Origin: Candidatus Heimdallarchaeota archaeon
GTDB lineage: Archaea; Asgardarchaeota; Heimdallarchaeia; Heimdallarchaeales; Heimdallarchaeaceae
Reading direction: 5' to 3'
Assembly: GCA_016840095.1 (NCBI GenBank)
Contig: JAEOSZ010000111.1
Coordinates: forward strand, 1 to 64,000
DNA: 64,000 nucleotides
A program made the position numbers and the translations under genes. Numbering within the stretch: position 1 is the stretch's first letter; each line of letters begins with the position of its first letter. The notes beneath the pieces were generated by a model. It had not been told where the DNA came from, searched no databases, and worked only from the letters and a program-made list of their open reading frames with translations. This document shows, in pieces, positions 29,141 through 38,751 of the stretch.

Positions 29141-31326
29141 TTCTGTTCCTTTCTCCATTTTTCAATTTTTTCAATTAATTTCATGACAGATTCTAAATAA
29201 TCACGAGATTGTTGTTTATTATAGTAGATTTGTTCATTGTTGATCCAACTGTTTGAAACTGCTCTTCCAACCGAGAGAATTTCCAATGTTTCTGAGATTA
29301 GATTTGATGGAACATATTGTCTTACAGTCTTTTCATGGAGATCTTCAGGTGCTGCTAGAAGATTAACTGGAACAATTCTACTCAAATAACCTAAAAGCTC
29401 CCAATATTCACCCAACATTGCTTTCCATGGTTCTGTTGAAGCATCAATTTCCTTAGCTTTATTCATAGCTTTCAGTTGAATCTCCTCAACCGAAACAAGC
29501 ATTTCATACTTCTGTTCTTCTTCTTGGATTTTCCGCAGCATTCTCCTTCGGATAATAAAATATGTCAATAGAAAAGCTAGTATTGGTGCAATCAAACCCA
29601 ATAAACTAATATAAATAAGATTTCTACTTAAGGAAGCTCTTTGTTCCTCATTTATCTGTGTTTCAACTTTGAAATGTTCAAATCTAGCTGATTGATTTTC
29701 TATAGCGTCAATAACATCAATGAATGAATATGTTATTTGTGTTGAAAATAGATCATGATAAGGATCTATTTCTCTATCTTCATCTGAAAAAGTAACCTTT
29801 CTTCTTCCCTCAGGAGTTTGACTTAAAGTTAAGATGCTTTCTGGCGATGCACTGTATAGTATAGCTCCTTCTGGTGCAATCACTGTATATTCAATATCTG
29901 CTTTTGAATAAATATTCGGTTGCCCCTCAATTTGTATTTCAGGATCTAAAAATAGTAACCAGAAATAATCAAGAAAAACTAAGATATTGCTATTATTGTA
30001 ATAAGTATAAGGTCGTACTATATCATATTCTATGTACCCTTGAAGATTTCTAATAAGAAATCTATCACTATATTGTTGATAAGATAATGGGGCATGTAAT
30101 TCATTATATGCTCTGAATTCAACTACTGATGCTGTGTCTATCCAGATACTGAAGTTATCAACAGTAAAGGGAAGTTCCATCGTAACAGTCTCAAATGCTA
30201 TACCGTCTTTGCCTAAATCAATTGACGATTCAAATTGAATATCTCTATCACTAGTTATTACGGGATTATAACCTTCCATTGATACCATTCTATTATTAGC
30301 TATCCCTTCCACGTCTAATATCACTTCATTATCCGTCTGAAACATTGGAGAAATAAGTAAAATGATGAAAAAAGCATTGAAGAGAGCTGATACTCTTTTT
30401 CTTGGTTCCATTTCAGCCTCTATATCCTTCAGCATTCTTTTAGGCATACTTCTTGCTTCATTTAGTTTAGATTTGAATTTTCGTTTAGCTCTCATATAAC
30501 CGTAGAGAGCAGCAATAATACTAATAGCAACTGCAATAAATGCAATAGTTTTGAAATAAACTTGAAGTAAATCCAATAAGCTATTAATCTGTTCAATTTC
30601 TTGTTGCTGTGATTGATTTTCGAACATTAGTTCAGTAAACTGTAAATATATTGGATCAAAACTGTATGTAACTTCATATGTTAATGGATCGTGGAAAGGA
30701 TCCATAGCTCTTTCAACATAATCCCAAGTGATTCCGAAAGATTTGCCTTCTCTAATAATTACAGCATTGTCCGTTGGAGCAAAGCTCACTAATCCTGCAT
30801 CTTCTGGTAATAATTGTTTGTTATGATAAGTAACAGGAGCATATACTTCAGTCCCATCAGGCGCTAAATAACTGAACTGAGCCCAAAAAGTGTCAAATAT
30901 TACAACGAAATTGGTATCTAAGAAATAGTCTGGATAATAAGCACTCCTGATTCTATAATTCAATGTAGTTGTTCTGGGATATACTCTTATTCTATCTGGT
31001 TCAAGTTCGTAGTCCGTATCTTCAACCATATTTCCAATACCATCCCAAAAAGCTATTTCGTACATATCTGAAGTATTTCCATAGATGGTTAAAAAACCGC
31101 CTGGTGAGTTTAAATCAATCCATTCAATATACCCATCTGTCCGCATTGTGTCGTTTTTGAAATAAAATTGATCCTTTGAGATAATAACAGTGATTTCGGT
31201 ATCTTGTGCTATTACAGTATCTGTTTTTGCTTTGAGAACATAGACACTTGTTCCAACTAACAAAACGATTTCTAAACACAAAACTATTAGTAAGATATAC
31301 TTACGGTTTAGCTTCATTGTTCTCAA
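29137..31326 (-). CDS. Membrane protein with two tandem homologous ectodomains
   Basis: Repeated motifs MDPFHDPLTYEVTYSF and IDPYHDLFSTQITYSF, each followed by a coiled segment and TM. Confidence 0.7.
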   Translation of the reverse strand: MRTMKLNRKYILLIVLCLEIVLLVGTSVYVLKAKTDTVIAQDTEITVIISKDQFYFKNDTMRTDGYIEWIDLNSPGGFLTIYGNTSDMYEIAFWDGIGNMVEDTDYELEPDRIRVYPRTTTLNYRIRSAYYPDYFLDTNFVVIFDTFWAQFSYLAPDGTEVYAPVTYHNKQLLPEDAGLVSFAPTDNAVIIREGKSFGITWDYVERAMDPFHDPLTYEVTYSFDPIYLQFTELMFENQSQQQEIEQINSLLDLLQVYFKTIAFIAVAISIIAALYGYMRAKRKFKSKLNEARSMPKRMLKDIEAEMEPRKRVSALFNAFFIILLISPMFQTDNEVILDVEGIANNRMVSMEGYNPVITSDRDIQFESSIDLGKDGIAFETVTMELPFTVDNFSIWIDTASVVEFRAYNELHAPLSYQQYSDRFLIRNLQGYIEYDIVRPYTYYNNSNILVFLDYFWLLFLDPEIQIEGQPNIYSKADIEYTVIAPEGAILYSASPESILTLSQTPEGRRKVTFSDEDREIDPYHDLFSTQITYSFIDVIDAIENQSARFEHFKVETQINEEQRASLSRNLIYISLLGLIAPILAFLLTYFIIRRRMLRKIQEEEQKYEMLVSVEEIQLKAMNKAKEIDASTEPWKAMLGEYWELLGYLSRIVPVNLLAAPEDLHEKTVRQYVPSNLISETLEILSVGRAVSNSWINNEQIYYNKQQSRDYLESVMKLIEKIEKWRKEQK

Positions 31327-31329
31327 ACT

Positions 31330-32358
31330 CTATTGTTGAATACTTGGTGCGGGAGTATGTTTTAGAATTCTATCAATAATTATTTCAGATGTGGTTCCAT
31401 CAAACTCATACTCGGGTTTGATAAGAACTCTGTGACGAAGAACATTCTTAGCTACCTTTTGGATATCTAGAGGATTCACATAGTTTCTTCCATCCATAGC
31501 TGCAGAAGCTTTTGCTGCAATTGTCATCCAAAGACTTGCTCTGGGGCTTGCACCCATGTATACTTCTTCACTTTCTCTAGTTAAAGTAACAATTCTAACA
31601 ATATACTTTGATAGCTCTTCAGATATACTAACCTCTTTACGAACAAACTTTTGAAGATCAATTACGTCCTTAGCTGACAATATTGGTTCAATGTCCTCTA
31701 ACTTATCATATGAATCATATTCTCCTGTAAACCTATTTACAATCTCAGCTTCTTCATCTTCCTCCGGATAGGTAACAAGAATTTTGAATGCGAATCTATC
31801 TATCTGGGCTTCGGGTAGAGGATAAGTACCTTCAGTTTCAATTGGATTCTGTGTTGCAAATACTATGAATGGATCAGGAAGGTTTGTTGTTCTCTTTTCA
31901 ATTGTAACTTGTTTTTCCTGCATACTCTCTAGCATAGCTGCTTGAGTTTTTGGAGGTGCTCTGTTGATTTCATCAGCTAGTAATAAGTTAGTAAATACAG
32001 GTCCTTCCTTAAAATAAAAATCCCCGGTTTCCGGTCTGAAAGCCATAACTCCTGTTACATCAGATGGCATAAGATCTGGTGTAAACTGTATTCTTTTAAA
32101 ATCGGCTGAAATGGCTTTTGCTAAAGCTCTTGCCATTAAAGTTTTTGCAATTCCTGGCACTCCTTCTAGTAAAACGTGACCATCAGCTAAAACAGCTGTA
32201 ATCATTGCATCCATCACTTCTTTTTGACCGACGATAACTTTGTTTATGTTTGTGTTAATTTCTTCTATTTTAGTTGAAATTGTTTTCAAACTAATTTTTG
32301 AAGTTTTAGTGCTCTTTCGAGATGTAGTTTTCTCCTTAGAACTCATTAATCCTGACAC
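31330..32358 (-). CDS. moxR: MoxR-family AAA+ ATPase
   Basis: Walker [21 protein letters not shown], Walker [43 protein letters not shown]. Confidence 0.95.
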   Translation of the reverse strand: MSGLMSSKEKTTSRKSTKTSKISLKTISTKIEEINTNINKVIVGQKEVMDAMITAVLADGHVLLEGVPGIAKTLMARALAKAISADFKRIQFTPDLMPSDVTGVMAFRPETGDFYFKEGPVFTNLLLADEINRAPPKTQAAMLESMQEKQVTIEKRTTNLPDPFIVFATQNPIETEGTYPLPEAQIDRFAFKILVTYPEEDEEAEIVNRFTGEYDSYDKLEDIEPILSAKDVIDLQKFVRKEVSISEELSKYIVRIVTLTRESEEVYMGASPRASLWMTIAAKASAAMDGRNYVNPLDIQKVAKNVLRHRVLIKPEYEFDGTTSEIIIDRILKHTPAPSIQQ

Positions 32359-32442
32359 TCCTTAAGATGATGTGATAAATTCCCTTATAAAAGTATTTTA
32401 ATGAAAGAAATTAAAACTAACGGAAAAACAAAAAAATTTAAC

Positions 32443-33156
32443 TCATGTAGCTTCTTTTGCTTTCTTCTTACTAACATCTGCTAAGGTTTCTACTTCCCAT
32501 TCTTCATCGAAAGTCCATTGAGAAAGAGATAATGTGAATGTTGCATCAGTTTTTCCAGGACATTCGATTCTAATAGTTAATTGGTCTTTAGTTACTTCCT
32601 CAATCTCAGGATGTAAACAATTTTCTTTTAGAATATCCATCAAAGCTGCAACATAAGTATTAGAAATTGTATTGATACTTTCCTCTTGTATTTTCAAACC
32701 TACTTCATCTAATTTATAGCATGTTTTTCGTCCTTCGCTAAATTTAGCAATTAACTTAGCTTGTACCATTCTGTCAGTATGATGACGAACTGTATCATGG
32801 TGAATTCCAATAGCTTTTGCTATTTGGGTTTGATGAATACCTTCATTATTTAAGATATAAGCAAAAATCTTTCTTGCGGTTGAATGTTTAAGAACAACAA
32901 AAGCTTTTTCTACATCTTCAGAACGTAAAGTGCGTGAAAAATAGACCCTTTTTCCACCAAATTTGGTAGACTTAATTAACAAAGCTTCTTCTAATTTTCT
33001 CAAGTGCCAATTAATAGTACCATGCGGTGCAGTTAAGGCACTAGATAATTCAAAAAAATATACACCAGGGGTCTCACAAACAAGACGGTAAAGCTCTCTA
33101 CGTAATGGATGGAGAAGCAAAGTGAGACGTTTTTCCTTTACTCTCCGTCGAACCAA
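32443..33156 (-). CDS. Double winged-helix (ArsR-like) transcriptional regulator
   Basis: Two HTH modules (RRELY...PG.YF.EL...GTINWHL..L; ARKI...I...GI.QTQIA...HDTVRHH). Confidence 0.8.
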   Translation of the reverse strand: MVRRRVKEKRLTLLLHPLRRELYRLVCETPGVYFFELSSALTAPHGTINWHLRKLEEALLIKSTKFGGKRVYFSRTLRSEDVEKAFVVLKHSTARKIFAYILNNEGIHQTQIAKAIGIHHDTVRHHTDRMVQAKLIAKFSEGRKTCYKLDEVGLKIQEESINTISNTYVAALMDILKENCLHPEIEEVTKDQLTIRIECPGKTDATFTLSLSQWTFDEEWEVETLADVSKKKAKEAT

Positions 33157-33170
33157 GACGGTTCGCTCCT

Positions 33171-33614
33171 TTAGACAGTCAAGGCATCAACTTCGACGCT
33201 TGATACGCCTTCAATTCTCTCTAATTCATCCTTGATTTGATCAATGCTAACTTCCTTAAGTTCATCTGAATCGATGTAACCCTCATAAACACAGGCAGAT
33301 TGAGTAAAACATAAACCGGTGCTATAAAGTGTTTTAATACCGAGCCTGATGAATATAGATCCCATTTTACGTAGGAAGTCAGGAGAGAGTTTTCCGATGT
33401 TGATGTTTATCTTAGCTACTTCATTTGTGCTTGTTGGAATAATTCTAATAATTCGAGTATTTGGTGCTAAGATCAGTACAGCAAATGTTTTGCCATCTGG
33501 TTTAAGAGCTGATAAGAATTCTTCTGGAAGTTCAATTGGCTTTTCGGCCTCTAATTTCACCATCTTTGCGATTGTTACTGATTGTTTTTCGCTGCTCATT
33601 TTTTTATTCTCCAT
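33171..33614 (-). CDS. Small protein, AbrB-like N-terminus plus ACT-like C-terminal domain
   Basis: IELPEEFLSAL resembles an AbrB hairpin; PDFLRKMG..F...GI..LY..G..IEGVSSVEV resembles an ACT fold. Confidence 0.5.
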   Translation of the reverse strand: MENKKMSSEKQSVTIAKMVKLEAEKPIELPEEFLSALKPDGKTFAVLILAPNTRIIRIIPTSTNEVAKININIGKLSPDFLRKMGSIFIRLGIKTLYSTGLCFTQSACVYEGYIDSDELKEVSIDQIKDELERIEGVSSVEVDALTV

Positions 33615-33652
33615 CTATAACTATTATTGATTACGTTATGTAACTACAATAA

Positions 33653-33699
33653 TAAATACTTTATGCCTTTCTTAAATACTTTACGCTACTGCGAGTAGC
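33653..33699 (-). promoter_or_regulatory. Tandem BRE/TATA-like boxes plus palindrome upstream of the regulator-MoxR gene run
   Basis: TAAATACTTTA direct repeat at 33653-33663 and 33673-33683 (AAAGTATTTA on minus); GCTACT-gcg-AGTAGC at 33685-33699. Confidence 0.45.
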
Positions 33700-33820
33700 T
33701 TCTAACTACTTCATTTTTATAATCGAGTGATTAACTAGAAGAAAACTTGGATAAATTATATCTAACTCTAAGGCAATTTTAACCATAAATTTTAATATCA
33801 CTCCCGCACTCTTTCCATCA

Positions 33821-35443
33821 TTGAATATGGATCAAGTCAACATGACAAAAGAAACGTCAGAACAACCTAGTGAAGAAGAAAATTTGTATATTCTTCCTCA
33901 TCCAAAATTATCACTCATTGGAATTCTAATTTCAACTTTCTTTCTAAGAGTAGCTTTTGGTAGTACAACAGTTTTGATGCCTATTTTTATCTGGAAGCAT
34001 TTAGGAATGGAAGGTTGGGCAAAAGATATTTCGGTAATTGTTGTTGAAGTCACTTATGCAATAGCAGTCATTATTAGTTCTGGATTTTTCGGTTTCAAAT
34101 CTGATACTTCTGATGCTAAAAGGTGGATTCTCTTAGGAACAGCAGCTGGTGGATTAATCCTAGGAGGGTATGGAATCTGTGCTCTTAACTGGACTGGATG
34201 GATAGGAATTATTCCATTGGCAAATGGGTTATTGATTTTTGGGATGAGTCTTTATCATTTCCTTCATGGATTGGCGGGATCATGTAAAGTAAATGCTTCA
34301 TACGGGTATATCTCTAGATTTTCAGTTTATGAGAATCGAGCAACCAGAATAGGTTTTTACAATGTTGCTGTAACTGGTGGCCGTTCTGTTGGTGTAATCC
34401 TTGCAGGAACACTTTATGATTTCGTTGTAGGTGTATCTGAAAAAACTAAATGGTCAAGGGGCCGGGATAAAATCATCTTCAGTTTGAATGATATTACTCA
34501 AAAGAATTTTCTTGATTATTGGGATCCAGTTGCACCAACTAGATTAGCATATCTCTACCTCCTATTTGGTTTTGCTATAGTTATTTCTGCAGTTGTTGTA
34601 TACTTCATGATTGATAAAACAAAATCAGTAGTGAAAGAAGAGAAATATAGTTTAAAGAAGGAATTGTCAACATCATGGCGTTTAATGACTCATAAAAGTA
34701 GAAGAGGGATAATACTTCCCCTTATTGGAACAGCATCTGTTTTAGGAATTTTAAACAACTGGGGATTTCTTATTTTATCACTGGAATCTACTCCTGGAAC
34801 AGCAAGCTATGCTACAGTAGGTATAACTCTAGCAATGGGTGTGCCAATGGCTTTGTGGGGTTGGGTTGCCGATAAAATTGGAAGAAAGAGGACTTTAGCT
34901 ATTGGAGTATCTGGTTTGATTTTACTTATGGCAGGAATAGGTATTGCTTTCTTTACAAATATGCTAACAGGCGGGCAACCATGGAATGATCCTGCCTCTC
35001 AATTTGACCCAAACGGTCTTTATAGTAATGTGTGGATTATTATTCTCTTAGGAGTAGCAGTTTTAATGGGTTCAGCATATTTTCCAGCAATTAGTGGTAG
35101 ACTTGGAGATAGTAGTTCATTAGAATTAGAAGATGATACAAATAGGACAGAAGAAGAACTAGAGAAACAAGCTGAATTTCATGGATCCACAATGAGCATC
35201 CAACAAACAGTTATGTCTGTTAGTGAGATAATTGGAATTATACTTGGTGGATTAGCATTAATAGTTGTCTTTGCTATTACAAAAGGAGATGATACCAATT
35301 TTGCATATAATCTTGTAGGTATCTTTGTCCCAATAGTCATTCTCCTAATATTAACTGCAATATCCACTTTTCTATGGCCAGCAGAAGAGGATTTTGTTGA
35401 GACAGCTAAAGTAAGAAGAAAGAAAAGAGCAGAGAAAAACTAA
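33821..35443 (+). CDS. MFS transporter
   Basis: About 12 TM; motif A WGWVADKIGRKR; ENRATRIG. Confidence 0.85.
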   Translation: MNMDQVNMTKETSEQPSEEENLYILPHPKLSLIGILISTFFLRVAFGSTTVLMPIFIWKHLGMEGWAKDISVIVVEVTYAIAVIISSGFFGFKSDTSDAKRWILLGTAAGGLILGGYGICALNWTGWIGIIPLANGLLIFGMSLYHFLHGLAGSCKVNASYGYISRFSVYENRATRIGFYNVAVTGGRSVGVILAGTLYDFVVGVSEKTKWSRGRDKIIFSLNDITQKNFLDYWDPVAPTRLAYLYLLFGFAIVISAVVVYFMIDKTKSVVKEEKYSLKKELSTSWRLMTHKSRRGIILPLIGTASVLGILNNWGFLILSLESTPGTASYATVGITLAMGVPMALWGWVADKIGRKRTLAIGVSGLILLMAGIGIAFFTNMLTGGQPWNDPASQFDPNGLYSNVWIIILLGVAVLMGSAYFPAISGRLGDSSSLELEDDTNRTEEELEKQAEFHGSTMSIQQTVMSVSEIIGIILGGLALIVVFAITKGDDTNFAYNLVGIFVPIVILLILTAISTFLWPAEEDFVETAKVRRKKRAEKN

Positions 35444-35500
35444 TTCTAAAAAATGCTCTGACCACCAATTTTTTAACCTAGTAATAGTGGCAATCAAATA

Positions 35501-36397
35501 ATGAAGAATACATGGCTGTTTCTTAATCAGATGTCTATCGATTCAACTGTTATTGATTCAAATACCACTGTAATTTTGGGATTTTCTGGTTATGGGTCAG
35601 TTGGAACAACTGTGCTTAATCATGTAGTAGAAGGGCTTAAAGTAGAATCAATTGGTTTTTGGGGAACCTTGTCATGGTTTCATAACGGAAATCTCGAGTC
35701 ACCCATTACTATGTATCAATTGGATGCAAAATCTGATGATCCAGAAGAAAAATTTGTGTTAGTGACTTCTAGATTACCAATACCAGTTGTAGGTTATAAT
35801 GCTCTTCCTGATGCTTTCTGGAAATGGATTACTCAGGAAATCTTATCTTGGGATGCAAAACGCTATATCATAATAGGTGGATTAAGAGAAGATGTTCGGA
35901 ATTCTTCAGATGATTCTTGGGTTACTTTAATCCCAACTAAAAAATATACAGAGCTCTTTGGTACTAAGCGAACTTTTAGAGATGACTTATCAATCAAAGG
36001 TCCAATTAGTTTTCTCCTCGCTGAAGGAACCGCTTATAGATATCCAGTTTTGAGTATACTATCCTACTGCAATACTTACGAAATTGACTTAGATGCTTCT
36101 TTAATGGCATTGAAAGAATTGGAAAAACTATTAAATTTGGATTTGGATTCAAAGGAGATAATTGAATTTGATTTTTCATTCCTTGAAAGCAATTTTGAAC
36201 TCTTCCAAGATGAAGAATTTGATGAAGAATATGATGAAGAATTTAATGAAGAATATGAAGAAGAATTTGATGAAGATTTCAAAAATTTTAGTAAACGAAA
36301 TGACTCACCACATGCTAACAAAAAATTCTCTTTCAATGTAAATTCATTTTTCTCAGAAACTAAGGATGAAAGAGAAGATCTAGAAAAATACAAATGA
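35501..36397 (+). CDS. PAC2-family proteasome assembly chaperone with acidic C-terminal extension
   Basis: ILGFSGYGSVG, IIIGGL, IKGPISFLLAEG, D.DAS...L..L..L. Confidence 0.75.
   Translation: MKNTWLFLNQMSIDSTVIDSNTTVILGFSGYGSVGTTVLNHVVEGLKVESIGFWGTLSWFHNGNLESPITMYQLDAKSDDPEEKFVLVTSRLPIPVVGYNALPDAFWKWITQEILSWDAKRYIIIGGLREDVRNSSDDSWVTLIPTKKYTELFGTKRTFRDDLSIKGPISFLLAEGTAYRYPVLSILSYCNTYEIDLDASLMALKELEKLLNLDLDSKEIIEFDFSFLESNFELFQDEEFDEEYDEEFNEEYEEEFDEDFKNFSKRNDSPHANKKFSFNVNSFFSETKDEREDLEKYK
36209..36280 (+). repeat. Six imperfect 12-bp tandem repeats encoding (D/E/N)EE(F/Y)
   Basis: gatgaagaattt/gatgaagaatat units. Confidence 0.85.
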
Positions 36398-37321
36398 TTA
36401 TTTTATAATCTCTGTATAATCCTCTATTTCCTCAATGGATACAGCTCCAACAGGGCAAACTGCAACACAAATTCCACAAGTTTTGCAATAAACATTGTTT
36501 ATCTTAACTTTTCCATTATTCCTGTAAATTATCCCTTCAGGACAATGAAATAAACACTTTAAACATTCAATGCATTTTTCTTGATTTACTAATGCTTTTT
36601 CTTTACTCCAAGTACCAGTTTTCCTTTGCTTGGCAGCACCTGGTCCAATTTCTTTTCCATTCGGGAGAACAGATTTTGGAAGAATGGTTCCCAAAGGAAG
36701 TTCATCTACTGTAGGTCTCCATGGAGTTTTGTCTGAATAATTTTTTCCTCCTTTAGAAACACCGAGAGTAGTTTCTTCATATGCAATTCTTGCTATTTCT
36801 ACATTCTTTCTTGCCATTGTCTCCCCTAATCTTTTTCTAAAAACTGAATAGATACCCTTCTCAAGGTCTTCAAGTGTAATGATATCTGAGCTTTTTACTA
36901 GAGCTCCTAACATGGCAGTATTAGTTATAGGATCATCAAGAATGTCCTTTGCAATTTTTGTTGCATCGACTACACTTAAATTGATAGATTTAGAAAGAAC
37001 TATTTCTTCAGGTTTTTTAGTTGTATTAAAAACACCTATTCCTCCCAAGTTCAGCCCCTCAATAACATCAACTAAATCTGGAATATCTTCATTGAGAACA
37101 ACAACAATGTCTGGATTGTAAATCTGAGTTCTTCTGTAGATTTTCTTATCATTAATTCGGACAAAAGCTAAAACAAGTGAACCTCTTCTTTCAGCTCCAA
37201 AAGAAGGAAATGAAACAGCATACTTCCCCGCATAAAAAACAGCTTTTGCTAGAGCCCTAGATGCCAAGACTGAGCCAAAACCTCCACGCCCATGGAATCT
37301 AATTTCTAACATAACTGTCAC
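36398..37321 (-). CDS. 2-oxoacid:ferredoxin oxidoreductase gamma-delta fusion (PorC/PorD-like)
   Basis: EIRFHGRGG.G, FGAERRG, NTAMLGA; C-terminal KTGTW plus two CxxCxxCxxxCP ferredoxin motifs. Confidence 0.88.
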   Translation of the reverse strand: MTVMLEIRFHGRGGFGSVLASRALAKAVFYAGKYAVSFPSFGAERRGSLVLAFVRINDKKIYRRTQIYNPDIVVVLNEDIPDLVDVIEGLNLGGIGVFNTTKKPEEIVLSKSINLSVVDATKIAKDILDDPITNTAMLGALVKSSDIITLEDLEKGIYSVFRKRLGETMARKNVEIARIAYEETTLGVSKGGKNYSDKTPWRPTVDELPLGTILPKSVLPNGKEIGPGAAKQRKTGTWSKEKALVNQEKCIECLKCLFHCPEGIIYRNNGKVKINNVYCKTCGICVAVCPVGAVSIEEIEDYTEIIK

Positions 37322-37374
37322 TAATCATCGAAAGCTTAAGTTTGTAATAAAATTATTGGAATAACATTAGCAAT

Positions 37375-37929
37375 TTAGTCTTTCATTTTGAAAGTATCTG
37401 AGTCATCCAACCATTTTTTGAATTCTGATGCAAGAGATATTTCATTTCTCTTAATTTCACTTAATTTGTTTAGATTTCCTTCCCTCTTTTGTTGTTCGAA
37501 GAATATTGGGATGATTTTGGTAAGATCGACAGCATATAGGTCAAAAAGAAATACTATTGGTTTGAAGTATTTTTCTAGAAACAATTCAAATTCATCAAAA
37601 CCAATCATTATTTGTTTGTAGATATCTCTGGAAACAATGAAATTGATTAGAGTTACTGTTTTATTTTTCAATCTTGAATCTTTTGCATCAAGGTTTTTCA
37701 GATTGATTGCAAAAGCAAGCAAGAATGTTTTTTCATTGATTTTAGTTGTAGCAAGCCCCTTAATTTCTTGATCTTGCATGATACCCATTAATGTGGGATA
37801 AGTAGTAAGCATGGTTTCTAATTTAACATCATCCAAATTTGATGCAAAGATTTCAAATCCTTGGTCAGCAAAATATACAATCGCAAACCCCTCTTTCTCT
37901 ACATTATCAGCATCAAGTAAAGTAGTCAA
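37375..37929 (-). CDS. Hypothetical protein, possibly longin/uDENN-like fold
   Basis: AIVYF.DQG.EIF beta hairpin and LAFAI...DAKDSRL segment; fold call is tentative. Confidence 0.45.
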   Translation of the reverse strand: MTTLLDADNVEKEGFAIVYFADQGFEIFASNLDDVKLETMLTTYPTLMGIMQDQEIKGLATTKINEKTFLLAFAINLKNLDAKDSRLKNKTVTLINFIVSRDIYKQIMIGFDEFELFLEKYFKPIVFLFDLYAVDLTKIIPIFFEQQKREGNLNKLSEIKRNEISLASEFKKWLDDSDTFKMKD

Positions 37930-38034
37930 CCTAAATCATTATAGTTCATTTACAATGTTATAAAAACCCCAAAGTAAGAGCGATTAGGAAGAAATGTCAC
38001 AACTTATAAAAATGAATTATCTAACTTAATTGTA

Positions 38035-38745
38035 ATGGATAAAGTAATTGTAAAGAAAATGAAGAAGTTTAACAACACTCCTGATGATAGTAAAGTTGAG
38101 TTTTTGGAATTATTAGGGAATGAAGAAAAAAATTCTGATATCGTTGAATTTCTGGTAAAAATAATTGAATCAGATACTTATTATAAAATTCGAATTAAAG
38201 CAGTATTAACTCTGGCTAAATTTGAGGATGATGAAATTGCACAAAAATTAAGCGAAATTTATGCATATGAAAGAGATAGGAATGTTAGATTAGCAATTAC
38301 TGAATCACTTGGAGATATGTCAATTGAGATAGATGAAATGCTTCAAAATATTTTGAAAAATGACTTAAATGGAATTGTTAGAGCTGCAGCTCTTAGAAAA
38401 CTTCATGAAAGAAAAAAACTCAAGAAAGAAATATTAAGAAAACTGGTATTAGAAACTATCAATAAAGAGAAGGATACTTTTCCAAAACAAATAGCACTAG
38501 GTTTACTGCCTTCATATTCTACTCAAACTGTCTATAATACACTCAAAACTATTTATGATGATGAAACTAAGTTTAAAATGCGTTCACTCATTTATAAAAC
38601 AATTACAGAAGTAGCTTCTGCTTTAAACATAGAAGTTGGTGTTGAAGAACCTTCTAAACCCAAACCTACTCCTGAGCCTGGTAAAAAGAAAAAACGAAGA
38701 AAGAAAAAGAAAGATAAAGAGCCTGAAGAGCATTTGTTCTTCTAA
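38035..38745 (+). CDS. HEAT-repeat protein with basic C-terminal tail
   Basis: KIRIKAVLTLA, NVRLAITESLG, IVRAAALRKL repeats; PGKKKKRRKKKKDK. Confidence 0.8.
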   Translation: MDKVIVKKMKKFNNTPDDSKVEFLELLGNEEKNSDIVEFLVKIIESDTYYKIRIKAVLTLAKFEDDEIAQKLSEIYAYERDRNVRLAITESLGDMSIEIDEMLQNILKNDLNGIVRAAALRKLHERKKLKKEILRKLVLETINKEKDTFPKQIALGLLPSYSTQTVYNTLKTIYDDETKFKMRSLIYKTITEVASALNIEVGVEEPSKPKPTPEPGKKKKRRKKKKDKEPEEHLFF

Positions 38746-38751
38746 CAACAT

